Translations under genes and position numbers: made by a program
NCBI GenBank assembly: GCA_028534125.1
Contig: CM052818.1
Location: forward strand, 8,000,001-8,064,000
DNA: 64,000 bases
Direction: 5' to 3'
Source of the DNA: Lama glama
Taxonomy: Eukaryota
Shown: positions 26,512 through 40,150 of the stretch, in pieces
How the letters are laid out: each line of letters opens with the position of its first letter
Position numbering within the stretch: the stretch's first letter is position 1
The notes under the pieces: generated by a model
Told to the model about the DNA's origin: nothing
Seen by the model: the letters and a program-made list of their open reading frames with translations, nothing else
Databases searched by the model: none

Positions 26512-26860
26512 GATTTCAGTTCTTTTAAGGCTGAATAATATTCCATTGTATACATATACCACATCTTGTTTATCCATTCATCAGCAGTATATTCTTTGGG
26601 AATGTATATATAGGTAGGAATCTATTTTGAAAAAGGAAAGATAAGGAGAAACCCAAAATTCAGGGTCTAGTCATCTCTGAAGGAGGAGGTGGGAGGGATG
26701 CAATTTGGAAGAAGACACTAGGATTTTAAAGTACTGGCATTGTTCTGTTTCAAGAAATAGATGGATGATGGGTACGAGATACTCATTTTACTATTCATTA
26801 AATAGTATTTACATGTTTTATACTTTAGTGTGTATGATATATCTCACAATTACAAAATTC
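26512..26860. mobile_element. Short L1 fragment (-) abutting an L1ME 3' end (+)
   Basis: ggctgaataatattccattgtatacatataccacatc; then aacccaaaattcagggt...ctctg...ctcattttactattc. Confidence 0.7.
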
Positions 26861-27315
26861 AAATGATAATGCCATTAGTTTAATTTTCAGTGTCTTGCAA
26901 ATAGAGGAATGATATGATACTTGTTTTTTGAGATGAATCTATCACTCAGTTGAGTTAGGGCAAAGAGAGGTTCTTTGAAGAGATTATTGACATAGCCCAG
27001 GAAAGAAGTGGAGTGCCTGAACCGAATCAAACCATAGTGTGGGAGAGTACAGAAAATTAATATAAATCAGGCAGAAGAATCAACAGTGTTTGCCAGCTGG
27101 TGGAAGGGACAGGATAAAGAGGAGGTGTTCATTTCTAGTTTGCTTTCTCTCCTTTTCCTCAAAGTGATTATATCCAAAGCCACTCATGTTAAGTCTCCTG
27201 CTGTTCTCCCTACCTCACTGAGCAGAAGATGTCTCTGCAGTTTTCATTATAAAAAACTAAGACATTAAGCTTCACTGTCTCACTTTTTTCCTTTCCTACT
27301 GCACATCAAGAACTA

Positions 27316-27743
27316 TGAAGAGTCTGAGATTTTACCCTACTTGCAAATTAAAAATGTTAGCCTGCCAGTTTCATGGATGCTGATAGAAATTCTGAGACTC
27401 CTGGGTCAGAGGTGAAGGACAGTTTATTCAGGGTAATAGAGTAATTGAAGTATCGGCATTTTTGCACTCATTTCCTGAGCCCCAGTTCTGTTAGTGTGAC
27501 ATAGAGAGGGCCGCATAACACCTGCACATGCAATGGGCTGCATTACAGGAGAGGAACCCTGAGCTTAGGGAACCCAAACCTTTTATAATGGGCAGTAAGC
27601 TTGCCTGCTTTTTGTCCCAGGAGAGACATTATCTCTATTTTCCAGTGCTGTCTGCAATCCTTGAGAAGATAGTCTAGGATGAAGGGCATTCATTGCCTCT
27701 CTTGAGGAAACATGAGAGACCTGCAGAGAATTGTCTCCCAACA
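27316..27743 (-). mobile_element. LTR40-like ERVL solo LTR
   Basis: Reverse complement begins TGTTGGGAGACAATTCTC and ends ..AGTAGGGTAAAATCTCAGACTCTTCA. Internal cccattataaaag/gttccctaagctcagggttcctctcctgtaa. Confidence 0.88.
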
Positions 27744-27898
27744 GTCAAAATATATCTTAATTTTTATCCTTCTTTCATTGCCATCTATCTCAGAAACAAG
27801 TTATTTCTTTTCGTGGCTAACACTACAACTTTGATGTTGATGCTCTTGCCTTTTCTGAGCAATGACCTTGTGTCATTGGTTATGTTGTCTTTGCCAAA

Positions 27899-28630
27899 TG
27901 TTCATTCATCAATTACTTATTGAATACTTATGATACACAGCGGGGAATACTACAGAGCAGCTTTATGGAGCTAGCTGAGGTGATCAGACAAGTAAGCAAA
28001 GAAATAGCCAAGATAATCTTAGCATAGGATAAGCTCAATAAAGTTAAAACCAAAACAGAATGATGTGACAGAAACTAGAATGGAGCTTTTTTTTTTTTAT
28101 AGTTGTCATTGTTGTAGAAGGCTTTTAGGAAGAACTGTCATTTGCGCAAAGATCTGACTCATGCAGATCATCAGATTTCCACGTTAAAAAGAACAGCAAA
28201 TATAAGAACTCTGAAGTAAGAATAAGTTTGATACTTTTTGAAGGACAAACGGAAAGCCCATGTTTCTGGAGTGTATCAAGCAGAGGAAGGAAGTGGTGAG
28301 TGATAAATTTAGAGAGGTAGATCATGGCAAGAGGTTTGAATTTTACTCTGGTATTTTTAACCTTTGTTACTCAACTACATTTTTCCTATTAATTCATAGA
28401 TATTCTAGGGCCTTTTCCCTTTCTAAATCACTTTTCATATGGATGCCACTACTTCTTTTTCTTTTCCAAATTCCTTAAAATGGGAGGAATTAATAGATAA
28501 GATGGTGGCCTAGAGTGGTGATAACCAATATGGAAAGAAGTAGGAAGGATGGGATATATTTTAGAAGAAACAGAGCAGAGAAGGGAAAAGAGGACATGGC
28601 GTTGGTGACTGATAATGAGTAAGACTTGCA
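27899..28630 (-). mobile_element. L2 fragments
   Basis: ttcattcatcaattacttattgaatactta...aagaggtttgaattttactct; taagatggtggcctagag. Confidence 0.7.
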
Positions 28631-28892
28631 AGAGTGGGTTTTTTGGTTTGGTTTTCTTTTTCGCTTTCTTTTCTTTATCCTCTCCGCCTCACACTCTTTC
28701 CATTCCTGTCCCCTTCTCCCTTTCAGTAAAACTGAGCATTCTGTATAGTCAGAGTGTTCCCTACTCCATGTTGTGGGGAAGGTGAAAAGAGTTGGTGATA
28801 AGAAGATTGGAAAGGTTGCTCATGTTCATAATGAATTACTCATATTTAATAAAAGAATATCAGAACGTAAAAAAATTCAGTATCTTTTCAGT

Positions 28893-29122
28893 TTCTGTGC
28901 ATCAGATGTTTGAGGGTGGCATAACTAGGCCCCCTAGTTCCGGATCTCTCATGAGGTTGCCGTCATCTTGTAGCTGGCCTGGAGCCGGTGGGTCTAAGCC
29001 CCAGGTAGCTCATTCACGTGATTGGCAAGGAGATACTCTTTGTTGGTGAGAGGCCGACCCTTCTTCCCTCAACGTGGTCTTCTCCATAGGCTATTTGAGC
29101 CTCTTTGCAACATGGTGGCCAG
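28893..29122 (-). mobile_element. MLT1-type MaLR LTR fragment
   Basis: tctctcatgaggttgccgtca...gctcattcacgtgattggcaag...caacatggtggcc. Confidence 0.75.
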
Positions 29123-29264
29123 TCACGCCCTCTCATTCTGGCCTGGGAGTGAAAGGTGTCTGTGAAGGAAGTCTTGAGCTCATAAAGGGCTGTAGCAGCT
29201 GGAACTTTGGATGGAGTAGTCAGAACTTTAAAAAAAATTGTTTTAAATACCTTTCAATGAAAGA

Positions 29265-29435
29265 AGCATGTAGTGACAAAAGATGGGTTTTGGAATTAGA
29301 CAAATTTGTATTAAAAGTATTACTCCATCACTTTTCTACTTTATAAAATAGAGAAATATTACCTCATATGCTTGTTGTAAAGTCCAAATGAGAAAATGAA
29401 TATAAAGCACTCAGCATACAGTAGGTGCCCTCTAA
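29265..29435 (+). mobile_element. MIR fragment
   Basis: gggttttggaattagacaaa...tacctcata..gttgtaaag..aaatgag...taaagcactcagcatacagtaggtgc. Confidence 0.7.
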
Positions 29436-30469
29436 TTAGCTGAGAAGGGAACTTTCTTCTTGATCAAACATAAAATGAGTAACACCAAAAACCTTGGCGA
29501 TTTTCCAAACTTGGTGAGTTTTAGAAGTAAGTAAATTCAATTTCTCAAGGCAAATTGCACGTATTTCCTTATTGCCATAATTAGTGATTTAAATATTAGA
29601 GATTAACAACACCCAACACAAATGTAGTTTGCAGAAAGGGACCATTGCTCTGTAACATTATTAAACCTTTTATTGAGTATTTTTTTAAGGGAAGGTACTT
29701 TTGAGTGTGCTACATACTGAATGATTTGTTACAAAGTCACACCATAAAACTTGTGTTTAAAATAACTAAATCGTGTCCAAACATCAATATCCTAAATTAG
29801 GTGCCTTACATAAATGTAAGTTGGAACACTCATGAAAAGAAGATGTGTAGTTACCAGTGTTCCTGTCAAATCCACCATGTATTTATATGTATTGTTATAA
29901 ATAAAAAATACATTGCAGTTAAAATATGTATATCTGAATTTTCTTCAATTGAAAATAACTGACCTATAATATTTAGAAACTTCTGAAAAAATAGCAAACC
30001 CTGCTTTGAATACCTAGATACCTTGTTGACTGGCACTATCTGTGACAAATCCTGGACTGTACTGTTTACAGACACCTGAGTTGGTACCAAAACCACTTAT
30101 TGACACTGTACTCTTCGCAGCCCTGGCCCCAATTCCTCTAGATAGGGCATGGGAAGAGAGGTTGCAAATATAGGAGTGATAAGAATAATTGATAGTTTAT
30201 GTCTCTTATATATTAAAAAATAAACTCTCCCTCCATGTTGAGATTCCTCTAGCTATACCATCCTCTCTCACCGTCCACATCTGTAACTTCAACTATGTAA
30301 TTGGCTTCTAAACCCATATTTTTGATCTAGATCTCACTCCTGAGCTCTGTATTTGTATTTGTATTTGTATTAACTAAAGCTTAAGTTAGCCTGCCACTCC
30401 ACAGAATATGCATCTCTTGAATAATAAATGCTAACTGTGGGCAGCCCTGCTATTTTGCATGTATGTTTA

Positions 30470-31577
30470 TTTTTTATTTTTTATTTATTTTTCCTTTTTC
30501 AGCTTTATCAGGTAGAACTATTACAGTTTGACTGCACATGTACATTATATCACATGTAAATACATATATATAATATACTACCCATATTTTTTTTTAGTTT
30601 ACATATGTGTACTGATGATCGTTTCTAAGAGCAGAATAGAGCTTTAACTTTTTAAACTTACATAGTTATCAAAGGAATAAAGCCAACCACAAAATACGAT
30701 CAACAAAATGCGGTAATCCAGTCGTAAAGGATAGTCAAATGTGCTTACACATTCAAGAAATCAGTCATCTAAGTTATAAATAATAAGTATTATTTGTGTC
30801 TTTATAATTTTTTTTAGATTCCACATATAAGTGATATCATATGGCATTTTTCTTTTTCTTTCTGGCTCACTTCACTTAGAATGATGATATTCAGGTCCAC
30901 CTATGTTGCTGCATATGGCATTATTTTATTCTTTTTATGGCTAAGTAATATTCCAGTGTATATATGTACCACATTATCTTCATCCAGTCATCTGTTGATG
31001 GACATTTGGGTTATTTCCATGTCTTGGCTACTGTAAATAGTGCTGCTGTGAACATTGGGGTGCATGTGTCTTTTTGAATTTGATTTTTCTCTGGGTATAT
31101 GCCTAGGAGTGGTATTGCTGGATCATATGGTAACTCTGTTTTTAGTTTTTTAAGGAACCTCCATACTGTCCTCCAGAGTGGCTGCACTAATCTACACTCC
31201 ACCAACAGTGTAGGAGGGTTCCCTTTTCTCCACACCCTCTCCAGCTTCTATCATTTGTAGACTTTGTAATGATAGTCATTCTGGCTGCTGTGAGGTGATC
31301 TCATTGTAGTTTTGATCTGCATTTCTCTGACAATAAGTGATGCTGAGCGTTTTTTCATTTGCCTATTGGCCATTTGTATGTCTTCATTGGAGAATTGTTT
31401 GTTTAGGTCTTCTGCCCATTTTTGGATTGGGTTGCTTTGTTTTTTGGTGATAAGAAGTATGAGCTGTTTTTATATTTTGGAAATTAGTCCCTCGTCAGCT
31501 GCATCATTTGCCAATGTTTTCTCCCATTCTGTAGGTTGTCTTTTCATTTTGTTTATGGTATCCTTAGCTGTGCAAAA
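30470..31577 (-). mobile_element. 5'-truncated L1 with a non-L1 3' segment, bounded by a 19-nt TSD
   Basis: ORF2 tail peptide at 31011-31235. TSD tattttgcatgtatgttta (30451-30469) / tattttgcatgtattttta (31578-31596). Confidence 0.92.
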
Positions 31578-31894
31578 TATTTTGCATGTATTTTTAAATG
31601 CCTGGTGACATATAGAATGTTGCAGAGTCAAAGTGGTAAATTATCTAAGAAAAATCCTAATTGTATTTCTAACAGAAAGTATTCTTTCATGGAAAGTGCC
31701 CGTTGAAGTAACATGATTAGCCCTGTCAGTGTGTAACCATGTGGTTCTCCATTAATCTGAAGGAGAAGGATGCTCACATTAAACATATTAGCACAGGAGT
31801 GAGTGGAGCCCCTGGGATGAGGCATTTACTCATTGTTCACTGCTGCCTCCATCTACAAATACGTTTTGAATAATCTTGTCAAGGAGGAGGGAAA

Positions 31895-33610
31895 CTTTTT
31901 ATTTAAGTCAAAATAAATCACATACACAGTATAAAAAATTTAGTTTTTAACCTATTAACATCTTACTTTGGAAGAGGAGAACTTAACCCCTCCTCAGTAC
32001 TTATCCCCTCCCATAAACACTTCCTCTCTCTCTTCCAACATATGGTATACCACAATTTTTGGTTAATCAGAATTGTGCATTTAAATTATTCTATGTAAAT
32101 AATGAAAGCCCAGACATGTAGTTAGCATATTATGATTAATAATTGCCTTACTTTTTAAAACTTGCTTATTTTTTATTGACCTATTATTTCTTCATTACCA
32201 GTTTCACCAGCAGAAGTGCAAATCTTCTTTTAGTAAGTTTAAATGATCAGGTAATCTATTACTTTCAACTCTGTTTTTTCTTGGCAGTATCCTTCATGGA
32301 GTTCTCCGCTCTCCTGCTTCAGTCTGTATGAGGTAACAGTTATACTTGTAGGATTTATCTTTGTTGTTATTCTGGAAGTCTCTCTTTTTCTTATGTTTTA
32401 TCTTTTACTTGTTGGATCACATTATCATCCTCTTTCTTTGTTTATTCCATCCTTTGGCATGATGCACCCTTCAGTAACTTCCTGAAAAACAATGTATGGT
32501 AATTAGATTTTGAGATGTTGCCTCTTTGAATGTCTTTATTTCTAACCTCACATTGAAGTGACAGTTTGGCTACATATAGGTAGAAAATAATTTTCTTTCA
32601 GAAACTGAAAGCATTACTCCCTTGCCATTTAACTTCAAATGTTGCTACTGACAATTCTGATACCTTTTATCCTTTATAAGTGACCTGTTTTTGTTGTTTT
32701 TTCTTCTATGAGAATTTTTAGGGTTTTTGTTTATTCCCAGTGTTTTGAGGTTTCATAATGATGTACCTAGAGATTGAGTCTTTTATATGTTCATTGTGTT
32801 GGGTACTTGGTTTCTTTCAACCTGAAAATTCATATACTTCAGTTATGGGAAATTTTCTGGTAGGAAAGGAATTATTTCTTCCTTTCCATTGTCTTTTTTC
32901 TCTTTCTTAGTTTGTGACTAAGGATCAATCTGACTGATCCTACAGATTCCTTCTGTGTGTGTTTGTGTGTCTGTGTGTGTAAGTATGCTATTCCTTTTTC
33001 TTCCAGGGGGATTTCCTGAATGGTATCTTCCAAGTCTTCTTTTGAATTACTTATTTTGACTATCGTATTTTTGTTTCCAAGAATTCCTTTTCTCCTTTTT
33101 TTCCAGAACAGCTCTCTTACTCTTAGTGATGTTCTATTTCTTAAGTTGCTCTGCTACAACCTTTTAAAAGAGTCAATTTCCAGTTTTCTTTAATGTTGGG
33201 AAGGGATAATTGGCCAGCTGTGCTGGCAGAGAAGAGCACCTAGAAGTGTAAGTATTATTTACATAGAATTCCAAATACTTCTCTTGTTTTCAATCCTAAG
33301 TACAGGCATTCCATCAAAAGTACTTGGTGCCTCTAGCTTCTGAGCCATTCTAAGGTTCTTACGCTAGTGATCCTTGGCTCTCAGTCATCCACCCTCTATA
33401 AGTACTCACTTTCCCATTTTCCTGAATCTGTTGTCAGTTCTTGTGCCCATCTGCTTTTCACTCTCCAAAATTTTGTTGATACCTATTTTATTACCTTGCC
33501 TCTGATTCCCTTTGCCTTGTGAGTTTGTCTTTTTTATTGCTTTATTGTCATTTTCATGTGGATTTGGAAAGGAGTGAAGGTGATTACATGTGCTCAGTCC
33601 CCCATCTTTA
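31895..33610 (-). mobile_element. HAL1 or old L1M ORF1-region fragment
   Basis: aatgtctttatttctaacctcacattgaagtgacagtttggct...aattttctttcagaaactgaaagcattactcc (reverse ORF1). Confidence 0.7.
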
Positions 33611-33796
33611 CTCAGATCATCCTCTGTGCAGGATTTTGTGTATGTTGTCAGCTCATTTGGAGCTGGTTATGCTACCGGAAGAAACCAATCAGGCATTGAC
33701 ATAAACAGCGTTTCCTTAATTCTAATATACTATTGATTATAAAATGCTATTGATTTAATATCAAATTATGATAAAAATAACACTATATATATATCT

Positions 33797-36700
33797 ACTG
33801 AAGTATAGTTGATTTACAATACTACATTAATCTCAGATGTACAACATAGTGATTTAGTATTTTTATAGATGATCCTCCATTGAAGGTTATTGCAAAATAA
33901 TGGCTATATTTTGCTATGCTGGTCAACATATCCTTGTTGTTTTATTATTTTAGACATAGTAGTTTGTATCTCTTTATCTTCTACCCCTCTCTTGCCCCTT
34001 CCCACATGCTTTCCCCACTGGTAACCACTAGTTTGTTGTCTATATCTGAGTCTGTTTCTATTTTGTTATAGTCATTTTTTTTTTAGATTCTACATATAAA
34101 TGATAATATAGAGTATTTGCCTTTCTCTGATTTATTTCACTAGGCATAGTATTCTCTAGGTCCATCTATTTGTTGTGCATGTAGAATTGCATTCTTTTTT
34201 ATAGCTGTAGTAGTTCATTGCATGTATGCACATACACACGGATATACACACTACATCTTCTTTATTCTTCGGTTGACAAACACTTAAGTTGCTTTTATAT
34301 CTTGGCTATTGTAAATAATGCTATTATGATCATTGGGGTACATGTATCTTTTTGAATTAGTGTTCTCATTTTCTTTGGATATATACCCAGGAATGGAATT
34401 GTTGGATCATATGGTAGTTCTATTTTTATTTTTTTAAGGAACCTCATTGCTGCTTTCCATAGTGACAGCACCAATTTATTCTACCAATAGTATACTAGGG
34501 TTCTCTTTTATCTATATCCTCGCCAGCATTTGTTACTTGTAGACTTTTTGATGATAGCCATTCTGACAGGTGTGAGTTGATGTCTCATTGTGGTTTTGAT
34601 TTGTGTTTCTCTGATGATTAGCCATGTTAAGCATCTTTTCATATTCCTGTTGGCCATCTATATGTCTTCTTTGGGAAAATATCCTATTCAGTTCTTCTGG
34701 CATTTTTTAATCAGGTTGGTAGGGGGTTTTTTGATGTGAAGTTGTATGGGTTGTTTTTATAGTTTGGATATTAACCTCTTATCAATCAATCATTTGTAAA
34801 TATTTTCCCCATTCTGCAGGTTGTCTTTTTGTATTGTTCCTAGTTTCCTTTGCTGTGTAAAAGCTTTTAAGTTTAATTATGTCCCATTTGTTTGTTTTTG
34901 CTTTTGTTCCCTTTGCCTTGGAGACAGATCCAAAATATTTGTACAGTTTATGTCAAAAGGTGTTCTATGTTTTCTTCTAGGAGCTTTATGGTTTTTAGCC
35001 TTACATTTAGGTCTGTAATCCATTTTCAGTTTATTTTTATGATAAAAGTATTAACATTTATGATGTGAGAAAGTGTTCTAATTTCATTCTTTTACAAGTA
35101 GCTGTCCAGTTCCCTCACCACCACTTACTGAAGAGACTGTTTTATCCCCATTGTGTAGTCTTGCCTCCTTTGTCATAGATCAGTTGACTGTAAGTGGTTG
35201 GATTTATTCCTGGGCTCTTTATTCTGTTGTCCTATGTGTCTCTTTCTGTGCCAATAATGTACTGTTGTTATTGCTGTAACTTTGTAGTATAGTCTGGTCA
35301 GGAAGTGTGATATCTCCAGCTTTGTTTTTTTTTTTTTTTAATCAAAATTCCTTTGCTTTTTCAAGGCCTTATGTTATTCCATATACATTTTAGGATTATT
35401 TTTTCTACTTTTGTGGAAAATGTCATGGGTATTTTGATAGGGATTGCATTAAATGTGTTGATTGCTTTGGGTAGTATGGGATTTTAACAGTATAAAATTC
35501 TTCTAATCCATGAACATGGGGTATCTTTCCATTTCTTTGTTTCTTCTTCAATTTCCTTCTTCAGTATTTTATAATTTTCAGAGTATATAGATCTTTCACC
35601 TCCTTGGCTAAGTTTATTCCTGGGTATTTTGTTCTTTTTGATGCTATTATAAATGGTATTGTTTTCTTGCTTTCTCGTTTCGATAGTTCATTATTAGTGT
35701 ACAGAAAGGCACAGATTTCTGGATATTAATCTTGTGTCCTACAACTTTACTGAGTTAATTTATTAGTCGTGATAGATTGTTGGTGGAGACTTCAGGGTTT
35801 TTATATATATTATCATATCATCTGCAAATAGTAACGGTTTTACTTCTTTTCTTCCAGTTTGGATGCCTTTTATTTCTTTTCCTTGTCCGATTGGTGTGGC
35901 TAGGATTTCCAGTACTGTGTTAAATATTTCTAGAAACATAAAACTTCCAAGACTGAATCAGGAAAAAACAATCTTAACAGACTGAACACTAGTAGTGAAA
36001 TCAAATTTTTAATTTAAAAAAAATTCCCAGCAAACAAAAGTCCCAGGCCTGACAGCTTCACAGGGGACTTCTACCAAACACATAAAAAAGAGCTAATATT
36101 TGTCTTTCTCTAACTATACCAGAAAACTGAAGAGAAGGGAACACTCCCAAATTCATTCTACAAGACCACTATTACCCTGATATCAAAACTAGACATACAC
36201 TCCAAAATGACAGACTAGTATCACTGATGAACACAGACGCAAAAATCTTCAATAAAGTATTAACAAACAGAATATAACAATATGTAAAAAATATTATAAA
36301 CCATGATCAAGTGAGTTTTAATCCAGAGTAGTAAGGATGTCAATATCTGCAAAAATCAATGTGGTACACCATGTTAACAAAATGAGTGATGAAAATCGCA
36401 TGATCTTCCCAAAAGAAACAGAGAAAGCATTTGACAAAATCTGACATCCATTCATGATAAGGACTCTCATCAAAGTTGGTACAGAGGGAACATATCTCAA
36501 CATAATAAAAGCTATAAGACCATTGTTTCCTTATTGATTTTCTGTCTGGATGATCTATCCATTGATGTCAGTGGAGTGTTATCCCAAAGTCACCCACTAT
36601 TATTATTTTCAATTTCTCCTGTTATGTCTGATATTTGCTGTATGTATTTAAATACTTTTGTATTTGATTCCCATATGTTAATGAGTGTTATATCCTCTTC

Positions 36701-39692
36701 TTGTATTGATGTATTGATTCTTTTGTCATTTTATAGTGCCTTTCTCTGTGTTTTCCTATCAAATGTTTTAAAGTCTATTTGGTCTGATATGAGTATTGTT
36801 ACTCCTGGTTTCTTGTCATGTCCATTTGCATGGTATATCTTTTTAGATCCCCTAGCTTTCAATCTGTGTGTGTCTTTAGCTCTAACATCTCTTGTAAGCA
36901 GCATATAGATGGGTCTTGTTTCTTTATTCAGTCAGCCAGTATGTTTCTTCTTTTGATTGGAACATTTAGTCCATTGACATATACAGTGATTATCGATAGC
37001 TATGTTCCTACTGCCATTTTGCTACTTTTTGCAGGGTTATTTTTGTAGTTCTTCTCTGTTCTTTTCTTATTCTTTTAGTTTCTTCCCTTGTGGTTTGGTG
37101 ATTTTCTTTAGTGGTGTGTTTGTGTTTCTTCTTCTCGTTTTTGTGTATCTATTGTAGGTTTTTAATTTGTGGTTACCTTGAATTCCTTTATGTTGACCTA
37201 TATCTACTTGTTTTAAACTGGTATTCATTTAAGCTCAAGAATATTCTAAAAATCTACTTTTTTTTTTACTTTTCTCCCCCACACTTTGTGTTTTTGATGT
37301 TATATTTTGTATCTTCATATATATACCTTCAGTATTTGTTGTAGTTGTTGATTTTACAATTCTTGGTCTTGTAATCTTCATACTAGCTTACTTAAGTGTA
37401 TATATACTTATATACTATCTAACTATATATTTTCCCTCACGTGAGTTTTTTCCTTCCCTATAGATACTTCTTGTTGTAGCCTTTTCTTTTCCACTTTAAC
37501 ATTTCTTTTAGGGTACATTTAGTATTGATGAACTGTTTAGTTTTTGCTTGTCTGAGAACTTCTTTGGCTTTCTTCAATTCTAAATGATAATCTTGCTAAG
37601 TAGATTATCTCAGGTTGCAGGTTTTTCCCTTTCAGACCTCTAAATATATCATGGTACATACCATGCAAAGTTTCTGCAGAAAAAGCAGCTAAAACCAAAA
37701 AGCCTTATCAAGGTTCTCTTGTATATGACTGTTTTTCTCTTGCTACTTTCAGAATTCTCTCTTTATTTTTACCTTTTGCCATTTTATTTATGATATATCT
37801 TGGTGTGAGTCTGTTTGGGTTCATTTTGTTTCCTGTGCTTCCTGTACCCAGGTATCTGTTTCCTTTTTCAGATTCAGAACATTTTTAGCCATAATTTCAT
37901 CAAATACCTCTTCAACTCCTTTCTCTCTCTTATCTCCTTCTGGGACTCCTATAATGTGGATGTGTGTATGCTTGATATTGTAGCAGAGGTCCCTTAAACT
38001 CTTCTAAATTTTTTGTTGTCATTTTTGCTGTTGTAATTGGATGATTTCCATTATTCTATCTTCCAGGTCCCTTATGCATTCTTGTGTATCACGTAGTCTG
38101 CTGTTGATTCATCTAGTATGTTTTTCATTATAGTTACTGTGCTTTTCAGTTCTGTTTTTTAAATTATCTGTTTCCTTGTTAAAAATTTTGTGTTTTTAAT
38201 TTTTCCTAATTCAGGTAGCATTCTTATTGCTAATGATTTGAGTTCTTTGGCAGATTGTTTATTTCTTTCTCATTATTTTCTTAGGGGTTTTCTTTTGCTC
38301 TTTTAGTTGAAACCAGTCTCTCTCCTCATACTGTTTAATTTTTTCTGTTTCTGTGAATTTAGGTGAAACTACTATTTATTGCAGTCTTGAAGTCTTATGT
38401 GGGAGCAACCTTACATAGTCTGTGTGTGCCTACTGGCCTTGGTGGGAAAGTTGAATTTGATGTGTGCACAAGTTTTGTATTTACCCATGGTGTAGTGATA
38501 GCTATCACCTTGGTAGAAGATGGGGCTGGAGATGGAGTGGCTAGAGTCTGAGCCAGGTGTAGTCTGGATCTTATCCTCTGCTCAGTGGCCAACACCACCC
38601 TATTGGGGGCAGGGTCAGGTCCCAAGTTGCTGGAGTTGAATCCCTGAGGTTTGGGTTGAGCTGGCTCCTTTCCCTCTTAAGTGTGTGCTCTTTCCTATCC
38701 CAGCACCAGCATCCTCGCCCCAGAGTGGTGATAGCTTAAGAGGAGCAGGTATAGGTACTTGGTGAGGGTCTAGGCAGTCTGTGGTGCCCTGCCCTAGTCA
38801 ATATACTGCATGACTTTTGATGCTCTGCCTCCGTAAGTGCCAATAATGGCTGCTCCTGCCTTGTTTAGATGCCTGTGAGTCCAGACTGGCACAGTCCCTA
38901 TAACTGAGCTCTCCCCTCTGCCATGGCAGCCCTTGCTGTACTGTAGAGCTGCCCTGCACATCAGGCAGGGGAGGTATGGATCCTCAGTGTGGGCCTGGGC
39001 CTGGGCTGTGGCAGCCCCAGCTGCAGTCAGGCTCTGGAATCGCTTCTGATGCACACACTGCCTCTGTAAGCCAGTAATTGCTGCTGCTATCCCATTCAGA
39101 TGTTGAGCACTCCCTTCGGCCATGGCAGCCCTCACTCCAGTGTGGAGCTGTGTCGCTAATCAAGCAGTGGGTAGTGGGCCCTTGGCTCAGGCTGGGTTGT
39201 GCACTGGAGTGGTTGTGGGAAACTGGCCAGAATCTTGTGCAGTTCAGTCTACTTTTTCTGCATTGTTTTGAGAGTAAGCAAGTCTGTTTGTTCTCTTTCT
39301 GAGCACAGTGTAGATTTCTTATAGGCCTTCTGTTAGTCCCACCAACCCTCCAGTCAGCCAAGGAGATCCATCTTCCTGGTGTCACATTCTTGGGCTGAGG
39401 TGCCCAATATGTGGCTTGAACCCCTCATTCCCCAGGGAGGATCTGTGCCGTTGCACTCCTCACTCTTCTGTATTCCCTCCCAAGGGCACAGGTCATGACC
39501 TTATCACTCCTCTTCCCTTCTTAGTTGATTTAGTGTGGATCTTTCTTACAGCCTTGGTTATACAAAAGTCTTTCTGCCAGTCTCCAGTTAGTTTTCAGTG
39601 AGAATTGCTCCACATGTAGATGTATTTTTGATATGTTTGTGGGGGGAGGTGATTTCTGAATCCTCCTACTATGCCATCTTGATCTTTCCTCC
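33797..39692 (-). mobile_element. L1 retaining both ends (5'UTR, ORF1, ORF2, 3'UTR) with an inverted internal ORF2 block
   Basis: 5' terminus reads ggaggaaagatcaagatggcatagtagagg on the minus strand (~39692). GC-rich 5'UTR ~38350-39690. The ORF2 block ~35928-36517 lies on the + strand. Confidence 0.92.
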
Positions 39693-39919
39693 TAGCAAGA
39701 ATGTTTTGTTAGAGAAATGTCAAAGCAACACCATATTAAATATATACAGTGATTACAAGGTACATACTGTTTCAGAAACCATCAAATATGAGTTATGGTG
39801 ACCTTGGATTGAGGAAATATAGTATGTTCATGTGACTGGATCATATGCTAGGTATTCATTTTCTCTGAAGAGGTCTCATTCTGAGAGTGGATATATACTT
39901 TATATTTTTGTGATTGAGA

Positions 39920-40150
39920 TTGTGTTAGATGCTGGAAATAATAACTCTCTTTTCTGTACTTTCTTTCGTTCTGTTTTATTTGACATACTATGATGTAATT
40001 GTATTCATTGTTTATATCCTCCCACCACCGCATCCCCCACTAAGTTATGCCCTCCTCAAGTGCAAGTACTTAGTGGGGTTTTTTTTTCCCCAATATCCTG
40101 AAAGCCAAGTACAGTCCCTGGCCCCCTAGCTGGCCCTTAGTAGATACTTC
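39920..40150 (+). mobile_element. L2 3' end fragment
   Basis: tcattgtttatatcctccca...ctaagttatgccctcctcaagtgcaagtact...acagtccctggc. Confidence 0.55.

Noticed and set aside
38363..39601. Cluster of 60-133 aa ORFs on both strands in GC-richer DNA
   Set aside because: They fall in the L1 5'UTR, where higher GC lowers stop frequency. No recognisable protein similarity.
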